From an uncultured Gammaproteobacteria bacterium (lineage in GTDB: Bacteria > Patescibacteriota > Microgenomatia > UBA8517), in NCBI GenBank assembly GCA_964435575.1, contig CAYSZS010000005.1:1-50446 (forward strand): a stretch of 50,446 nt of DNA, given 5' to 3'. Below are positions 1-5,560 of the stretch, one piece after another. Numbering within the stretch: the stretch's first letter is position 1; every line of letters starts with the position of its first letter. The translations under genes and the position numbers were made by a program. Below the pieces are notes generated by a model. It ran no database searches. It had not been told where the DNA came from and was given only the letters and a program-made list of their open reading frames with translations.

Positions 1-696
1 CCATTGCAATTATGGGTAACTGTGCCTGAAGGACTTAGGCGGGAAGAGATTGTCGGACGCTTTATAGAGGGTTTAGAAATGCAAGGGATACAGGCCGAAA
101 CCTTCGGTCAGGAATTTTTAGAGTCTTCAGAAGGCAAAGAAGGCTTCCTCTTCCCCGATACGTATCTTTTTCCCAGAAACGCAACCGCTTCCGCCGTTAT
201 CAAAGTAATGAACCAAACCTTTGAAAAAAAGATTGATGAAGACTTAAGAGGCGCCATTGCCAAAAGTGACTTTACACTTGAAGAAATAATAACACTGGCA
301 TCAATTATAGAGAGGGAGACGAAAACTTCGGAAGAAAGACCGATAGTAGCCGGAATTTTTATGAATAGGATTGATATTGGAATGGGGTTACAGGCCGATG
401 CGACGGTTCAATACGCAGTGGCTAGTGCCAAGTGCCTAATGCCTAGTGCCTGTAATAATTGGTGGCCGATTTTAACTAAAGAAGATTTACAAATTGATTC
501 TCCTTACAATACTTATAAATTTAAGGGTTTGCCTCCTCTTCCGATTGCAAATCCGGGACTTTCGTCTATAAAAGCGGCAATTTATCCGGAAGATTCAGAC
601 TATTTTTATTATCTTCATGATCCTGATGGAAAAATCCACTACGCAAAAACCCTTTCCGAACACAACGAGAATGTGAGGAAGTATTTAGGGAAATGA
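1..696 (+). CDS. mltG: Endolytic murein transglycosylase MltG/YceG family, 5'-truncated by window edge
   Basis: Frame open to window start. YceG-like motifs LASIIERE (catalytic Glu), NTYKFKGLPPLPIANPG, HYAKTLSEHN. TGA stop at 694-696. Confidence 0.85.
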   Translation, partial: PLQLWVTVPEGLRREEIVGRFIEGLEMQGIQAETFGQEFLESSEGKEGFLFPDTYLFPRNATASAVIKVMNQTFEKKIDEDLRGAIAKSDFTLEEIITLASIIERETKTSEERPIVAGIFMNRIDIGMGLQADATVQYAVASAKCLMPSACNNWWPILTKEDLQIDSPYNTYKFKGLPPLPIANPGLSSIKAAIYPEDSDYFYYLHDPDGKIHYAKTLSEHNENVRKYLGK

Positions 697-703
697 AAAG
701 AGT

Positions 704-733
704 TTGACAAATATCGTAGAAAGTTTATATAAT
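704..733 (+). promoter_or_regulatory. Sigma70-like promoter for the T-box leader
   Basis: TTGACA (704-709), 18-nt spacer, TATAAT (728-733). Confidence 0.55.
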
Positions 734-739
734 ACCAAC

Positions 740-1027
740 AATTGAAAAATTGAAAAGCGTTTGCACTGGAGTCGCGATCCAGGACCCTCCTTCGCTGAAG
801 ACTACGAAGGGGAACGCTGCAGGCAAAAATGCCTGACGGGAGCACCCGTAACAGTACTAGAGAGTGTCGGAAACGGAGCTCTTGAATAACGAGAGTTATT
901 TATTCAAGTTTCTCCCGACATTAGTCGGGATTTTTGATGGATAAATAACTAAAGAAGGGTGGTACGGCGTAATTAGAGACGCCCCTTCAGTTTCTGAAGA
1001 AATTCGGAGATTGGAGGGGCGTTTTTT
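740..1027 (+). promoter_or_regulatory. T-box riboswitch leader (tRNA-sensing transcription attenuator)
   Basis: AAGGGTGGTACGGCG (955-969) matches the T-box consensus GGGUGGUACCGCG with one substitution. Antiterminator: A1 AAGGG/CCCTT, 7-nt bulge UGGUACG, A2 GCGU/ACGC. A competing terminator stem is followed by T6. Stem III-like hairpin 913-930. AGTA (853-856) and AGAGAG (859-864) boxes. Confidence 0.7.
979..1027 (+). terminator. Intrinsic terminator of the T-box leader
   Basis: 10-bp stem 979-988/1013-1022 (ACGCCCCTTC/GGAGGGGCGT), then TTTTTT 1022-1027. The 5' arm overlaps the antiterminator 3' arm. Confidence 0.7.
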
Positions 1028-1035
1028 GTTGAGTA

Positions 1036-1111
1036 TGTGCTTGTAGCTCAATGGAGTTAGAGCGCGGGACCGCAGATCCCGAGGTTGGAGGTTCGACTCC
1101 TCCCAAGCCAC
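1036..1111 (+). tRNA. Non-canonical tRNA-like gene, anticodon position reads GCA (Cys-like)
   Basis: D arm GCTC/GAGC. Anticodon stem CGGGA/TCCCG with loop CCGCAGA (C33 instead of U33). T arm GGAGG-TTCGACT-CCTCC. The acceptor pairs for only 5 bp unless T1038 is bulged. No encoded CCA. Confidence 0.5.
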
Positions 1112-1131
1112 CGAGAAAGAAGATTACTATT

Positions 1132-2139
1132 ATGACACAAGAATCTGAAATATATATTGGTATATCAGAGAAAGAGCTTGCCGCTTCGAAAGCGGAATTT
1201 GAGCTTGAATTAGAAGGAGAGTTAACAGCGCCTTATACAGAAATGTATTTGGGGCAGCTGTATGCTGCCATTGGAGAGGTTAATTCACCCGCTGAATTTA
1301 TCAGAAAGGGGGAAGAACTTCACCACAAGATTGCTCATGATGTTTATGGGCCACTTATTTTAGGATGTGCTCAATTTATGGGTCAATACCTTTCTAGCGC
1401 GGGTATTGAGGGAAATGTGTACTACGCCCTAAGGGATGCAAAACCATTAATGACGGCAGCAGTACATGTTATGCCATCCTTCGGTTTAAATCCAGTTGGG
1501 ATATACATAAACAGACCACTATGCGGGATTGGAGATGAGATTAATCCAGAAGTAGTACCAAATGGAGACATGACGGCAATGACCAAAAAATATTTAGGTC
1601 AAAATGGCGCTTTAGGTCAGGAAAAAGTTGGTTGGGTAGATGCTGGGTGTTGGGGAACAGTCCCATTGGTTTTAAAAATGCATCATTTTCAGGCGAAGGA
1701 TTACTATCCAGTTTTTTTCTATTCTCATAACCCCGAAGTTCCTGACTACCTTCACCAGCTATCTGGGGGAACTGGAGTATCAGAAGAAGCTTTAAATTGT
1801 ATGAATGATTCGTTGGAATGTCTTTTCCCATCTCCTGTAAGAAGACCGCTCTTATTAGTTGAGCAATGCGGGCAAGTAGTACCTAAGCTTAAACCCTCAT
1901 CAGTTCTTTCGCAAAAATGGGGAGAAGCGGCTCTTGGAGGAATAGCACAGTATGCTCAGGAAAAATCTGGTCAAGGTATTACTTTTACCGAGCAGCAAGA
2001 TGCACTCGAGACTTTTCTTGCAAAAATCGAACAAAGTAAACAAGGTATTTGGTCTGGAACGTTATGGCAGTCTACTCCAATTTGGTCGCAAGGTGAAGAT
2101 TTTCTGGCAAAATATCCGAAAGGATTATTTGGAGTATAG
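1132..2139 (+). CDS. Hypothetical protein, possibly degenerate HAD-like (COG5610-like) fold
   Basis: 336-aa ORF from ATG 1132 (the track ORF start at 1051 lies inside the tRNA-like gene). Motifs YYALRDAKPL and WVDAGCWGT resemble RDG.../DxGxxG motifs of COG5610-type proteins. Assignment is weak. Confidence 0.65.
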   Translation: MTQESEIYIGISEKELAASKAEFELELEGELTAPYTEMYLGQLYAAIGEVNSPAEFIRKGEELHHKIAHDVYGPLILGCAQFMGQYLSSAGIEGNVYYALRDAKPLMTAAVHVMPSFGLNPVGIYINRPLCGIGDEINPEVVPNGDMTAMTKKYLGQNGALGQEKVGWVDAGCWGTVPLVLKMHHFQAKDYYPVFFYSHNPEVPDYLHQLSGGTGVSEEALNCMNDSLECLFPSPVRRPLLLVEQCGQVVPKLKPSSVLSQKWGEAALGGIAQYAQEKSGQGITFTEQQDALETFLAKIEQSKQGIWSGTLWQSTPIWSQGEDFLAKYPKGLFGV

Positions 2140-2141
2140 AT

Positions 2142-3065
2142 ATGTCTAAGGACTTTGAACCAATTCCATCAGAAATACTATTTTTAAAGGAGAAAATTTT
2201 TTCTTATGGATGCCACGTGTTTTTTGACATTGACGGAACAATCAAGGGTTCTTATACACCAGAAGCCCCTGCTGGATTCGATCCCAAACTACCCTATTTG
2301 TTAGCAACACTAAATGATATTCCTGGTATTTCAGTTGGGGTATGTACTTCCCAGTCGCCAAAAGAACTTCATTCATTTCTTTTAAGAATGGATTCTGTTA
2401 TTGATGGCAAACTTTTGAATGGACTTTCTGTTCTCGAAGACGGTCATATCCTCGTAGAAAGTGGATCGTATATGCTTACTGACTACATTAAACTTATTTC
2501 TCCAGAAGCTAAAAAACAGATAGATACTTTGAAAGCAGAGTTAAAAAGACTTTGGATTCCAGCCGATGACACTCAATTAGCTAAAGATGGTTGGGGATTT
2601 TTCCCAGGAGTAGTAACTCCTGTGGCCCTACCTGAGGGTAAATATCAAGGTGCGGTCACAATGAGTGTGTGGGAGAGGGGTCCCGATATTAATAATCCTA
2701 GCTATCAAGGACAGTATGAACCCGTAGCCGCTTTTGTATCTCAATTGGCGCAAAATTTAGGAACAGACTTAGTCGAATGTAAAGAGGCGGGTAACGGAAC
2801 TCTAAGAATTGTAGAGCAAGGAAAATCTAAAGAATCTGCACTTGCCACCTTGGCTAATCAAGGGATTATAGAACTTAAAAATACGGTTTATGTCGGTGAT
2901 GGATTAAATGATATTGCTCCTGCTCAACTTGTCACAAGCCACGGAGGAGGGTTGGTTGCAGTATCTAATGCTATTCCTGAACTGAAGGTAATGGCAACTT
3001 ATAATACTAAAAATCAGTTTAGTCATGGAGTTGTAGAAACGCTCAGTTTAATTTTATTAAGTTAA
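2142..3065 (+). CDS. HAD-superfamily phosphatase, subfamily IIB (Cof/sugar-phosphatase-like)
   Basis: Motif I FFDIDGTI, motif II VCTSQS, motif IV GDGLNDIAPA. Starts 3 nt after the upstream stop. Confidence 0.85.
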   Translation: MSKDFEPIPSEILFLKEKIFSYGCHVFFDIDGTIKGSYTPEAPAGFDPKLPYLLATLNDIPGISVGVCTSQSPKELHSFLLRMDSVIDGKLLNGLSVLEDGHILVESGSYMLTDYIKLISPEAKKQIDTLKAELKRLWIPADDTQLAKDGWGFFPGVVTPVALPEGKYQGAVTMSVWERGPDINNPSYQGQYEPVAAFVSQLAQNLGTDLVECKEAGNGTLRIVEQGKSKESALATLANQGIIELKNTVYVGDGLNDIAPAQLVTSHGGGLVAVSNAIPELKVMATYNTKNQFSHGVVETLSLILLS

Positions 3066-3069
3066 TACC

Positions 3070-4872
3070 ATGTTTACAGATATTTTCCCAAGAAAAAAAC
3101 CAATTATAGGAGTTGTTAGACTTTTACCTCTACTTGGTTATAAGGATTATCCAGGAATTGAGAAAATAACCGAGGCTGCACTTTCTGATATTCAAAAGCT
3201 TGAAAAAGCTAGCTTTGATGCTGCTTTAGTTGATAACCATACTCATCCACACGTGGTTAAATCGACTCTTGAAATGACAGCATCGTTTGCTGTGATTATG
3301 CATCAACTGGTAGAAAAGTCGAAAATTCCTATCGGAGTTCAGTTTTTAATTGACGATCCTGCAGCGTCATTGTCCATAGCCAAAGTAAGCGGGGCCTCCT
3401 TTATAAGAACAGATTTTTTTGTAGATAAAGTCAAGACTGAATATGGAGTTATGAAACCAGAAGCAAAACAGATAGTTTCTTATAGAGAGAAGATTTTTGC
3501 AGAAAATATTTTAATTCTTGCTGATGTACAGGTGAAACATGCTGAAATGTTGGATAAGAAAAAAAGCATATCAACTTCAGTCAATCAGGCTTTTTCAGCT
3601 GGAGCAGATGCAGTAATTGTAACAGGTTCGTGGACAGGTATTGCTCCAGAACTTGAAAAACTAACTAAAGCTAAAAAAGTGGCGGGAAAAAATCCTGTAT
3701 TAATTGGTAGTGGTCTTAATATAGAAAATTCAAAAGAGCTGTTAAAGATCTCTGATGGAGCTTTAGTTGGGACTGCAATTAGAAATGAATCTAGGATTAG
3801 TTTTCCTAAGGCAAAGAAACTAATAGAACAATTAAAAAAAAATTTAAAGGAGGAAAAAATGGCAAATAATGAACTAGAAGGTTTTAGGCTAATTGACCTT
3901 CAGTCATTCCTAGACTTTGAAGAAATGAAGAAGTTTTGGGAAGAAAAAGGTATTTCAGGTGTTCATTTTGGTATCTCTGGACACATGAATTTAACTTGGT
4001 ATGGCCAAAAAGATGGGGAGGAAGTGGTATGTCAGTTTGGACCGTCGCTCCAACCTTACCAAGGTTCGGACTTGCAAGGAAAGGAATCCTATGGTTATTT
4101 TCATCCTGAGAAATATGTTCGGGCTAAAGAAGTATGTAAGACGGCAAAGGGAGCGGGAATTCCTTGTCCAGATATAAATGAGGCTGGGTACGAGTCTTCT
4201 TTGACAAGAGCATGGTGTATTACCCAAAAGGCTAATGGGGAGAATCTAGATAATTATTGGGGTGAAATGGAAGAAGTTGGTAAACTAAAGGTATTACATG
4301 AGTTTGGAGGGTTTTTAGGAAAATTACACTCTATACCAACGAATGCTCACACTATACAACCAGCTGATTGGTATAAAACTAGGTTTGATCAAATTTCACA
4401 CAATTTGCAGATTTTGGGAATTTATCAACATGAAGAACTATCTGTAATAAAAGCAGTAGTTTTACCGCCTTTAATCAAAAACTGGTTGCCTTCAAAATTT
4501 ACATTAACTCACGGTGATCCGTTACAAAAAAATATTTTTATTGATACTGAAAAAGCGAAAATTACAGATGTTATCGATTGGGAGACAGCAGGAATTGGAA
4601 ATCCTTGGGCTGACGCAGTTTTGGGAGCATGGTGGATGTCGGGAGAGTGTGGCGGGAGCGAAAAAGAATATGAAGCCTTTATAAATGGTTATAACCATGG
4701 TTTATCTGATAAAATGTTATTACTTGATATAAATGCTGCAAAACGAATGAACCCGTATTTGGATGTCTTGTGGTACTTAAATATTCTTTGGGTGAGATCA
4801 CTTGTGGGTGATAACTCGCAAACTGAAAGAAGAAAGGGTATGGTCGAAAAGATATTAAATGAGTTAAATTAA
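3070..4872 (+). CDS. Fusion protein: BtpA/SgcQ-family TIM-barrel domain plus aminoglycoside/choline-kinase-like (APH) phosphotransferase domain
   Basis: The N-terminal ~260 aa match the BtpA pattern (IIGVVRLLPLLG, FIRTDFF, ADVQVKHA, VTGSWTG, IGSGL). The C-terminal part has APH motifs LTHGDPLQKNIFID and VIDWETAG. In-frame internal AAGGAGG (3847-3853) plus ATG 3859. Confidence 0.85.
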   Translation: MFTDIFPRKKPIIGVVRLLPLLGYKDYPGIEKITEAALSDIQKLEKASFDAALVDNHTHPHVVKSTLEMTASFAVIMHQLVEKSKIPIGVQFLIDDPAASLSIAKVSGASFIRTDFFVDKVKTEYGVMKPEAKQIVSYREKIFAENILILADVQVKHAEMLDKKKSISTSVNQAFSAGADAVIVTGSWTGIAPELEKLTKAKKVAGKNPVLIGSGLNIENSKELLKISDGALVGTAIRNESRISFPKAKKLIEQLKKNLKEEKMANNELEGFRLIDLQSFLDFEEMKKFWEEKGISGVHFGISGHMNLTWYGQKDGEEVVCQFGPSLQPYQGSDLQGKESYGYFHPEKYVRAKEVCKTAKGAGIPCPDINEAGYESSLTRAWCITQKANGENLDNYWGEMEEVGKLKVLHEFGGFLGKLHSIPTNAHTIQPADWYKTRFDQISHNLQILGIYQHEELSVIKAVVLPPLIKNWLPSKFTLTHGDPLQKNIFIDTEKAKITDVIDWETAGIGNPWADAVLGAWWMSGECGGSEKEYEAFINGYNHGLSDKMLLLDINAAKRMNPYLDVLWYLNILWVRSLVGDNSQTERRKGMVEKILNELN

Positions 4873-4877
4873 CTTTA

Positions 4878-5240
4878 ATGGATAATATAAAAGTGGCGCT
4901 AATCAAACCGACAATTAAATATTCCGATTTGGAAAAATAGGATATCAGGGTTGGAACTATTGAAGAAGTAATCGATATCGAAAAGTCGGATAAGTTGGTT
5001 AAGCTGATAGTCAATTTCGGCGATCACAAAAGGCAAATTATTGTCGGACTCAAAAAAGAACGGGAAAACTCCAAGGAGATTGAGGGTAAACAAGCTTTAT
5101 TTGTTGTTAATCTGGAACAAGGGGAAATAATGGGTGAAAAATCTGAAGGAATGCTTTTTGATATTGGTTATGCCGATCAAATCACACCCGTATTGGCAAT
5201 TCCCGAGAAATCTGTCCCCAACGGAGTACGAGCAGGTTAG
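4878..5240 (+). pseudogene. tRNA-binding domain protein (CsaA/Trbp111-like) interrupted by an in-frame TAG at codon 21
   Basis: MDNIKVALIKPTIKYSDLEK-TAG(4938-4940)-DIRVGTIEEV...SDKLVKL...RQIIVGL...SEGMLF matches the CsaA/EMAP OB-fold pattern across the stop. Confidence 0.7.
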
Positions 5241-5274
5241 AATTTAAGTTAAAAGATATCTTATGCGGGGCTTG

Positions 5275-5325
5275 ACCCCAGAATAACACTTACTTCCTCC
5301 CTGGGTTACCGTACGGTACCCGGCG
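5275..5325 (+). repeat. Structured ~50-nt repeat, copy 1 (palindromic core TACCGTACGGTA)
   Basis: ACCCCAGAATAACACTTACTTCCTCCCTGGGTTACCGTACGGTACCCGGCG is roughly 85 percent identical to 22622-22671. Hairpin CTGGG-T-TACC GTAC GGTA-CCCGG. Confidence 0.75.
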
Positions 5326-5412
5326 CCGCGCCTGCCAAAGTCTTGGATGGCGGGCAGGTCGGAAGAGCGTGTATTCGGGGTCTGCGCCACAATCAGTTTA
5401 CATGATTGTGGC

Positions 5413-5440
5413 TTGACATCTTGACTTGGTAGGTTATAAT
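5413..5440 (+). promoter_or_regulatory. Sigma70-like promoter upstream of rpoB
   Basis: TTGACA (5413-5418), 16-nt spacer, TATAAT (5435-5440). Confidence 0.5.
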
Positions 5441-5450
5441 CCACCATAGG

Positions 5451-5475
5451 CGTACAGAGTACGTTTGTTTTTTTT
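5451..5475 (+). terminator. Attenuator-like hairpin plus U-tract in the rpoB leader
   Basis: CGTAC-AGA-GTACG (5451-5463) followed by TTTGTTTTTTTT. The short 5-bp stem makes this weak. Confidence 0.3.
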
Positions 5476-5560
5476 CGTTCCCAACCTAAATTATATATCC
5501 AAAGTAGATTCTTTGGGTATATTTGGTTAATATCGCATTTAGCTGGATAAAAATCCTCAA

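Noticed and set aside
740-1027. Considered tmRNA, RNase P RNA, SRP RNA or 6S RNA for the promoter-to-terminator transcribed region
   Set aside because: The hallmark sequences are absent: no GGAAAGTCC or ACAGAACCCGGC for RNase P, no tRNA-like 5'/3' pairing with a tag ORF ending in ALAA for tmRNA, and no GGAA-tetraloop/AGCA domain IV for SRP. The T-box box with antiterminator/terminator alternation explains the 3' half much better.
639-1111. Minus-strand ORFs 639..845 and 896..1111
   Set aside because: They overlap the mltG end, the T-box leader and the tRNA-like gene. They show no motifs or RBS and are treated as non-coding.
1051-1131. N-terminal extension of the 1051..2139 ORF (MELERGTADPEVGGSTPPKPPRKKITI)
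   Set aside because: It is a translation through the tRNA-like gene. The start was moved to ATG 1132.
3859-4872. Splitting the 600-aa ORF into separate BtpA and kinase genes at the internal AAGGAGG-ATG
   Set aside because: There is no stop codon between the domains in this sequence, so it is kept as one fusion CDS. The internal RBS is reported as a finding instead.
4938-4940. Genome-wide stop-codon reassignment (TAG as sense, or UGA as Gly as in Gracilibacteria/Absconditabacteria)
   Set aside because: TAG ends S7 (...HFRW), S14 (...KASW), L6, L15, SecY, S11, RpoA and L17 at their expected C-termini. TGA ends MltG, EF-G, L23, L16, L29, S5, S4, L13 and S9. The residues expected at the two in-frame TAG sites also differ.
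5244-5447. Minus-strand ORFs 5244..5447 and 22548..22826 sharing the peptide AGYRTVT.GG
   Set aside because: The shared peptide is produced by reading through the ~50-nt nucleotide repeat. The second ORF lies antisense to rpsS/rplV. There is no coding signal otherwise.
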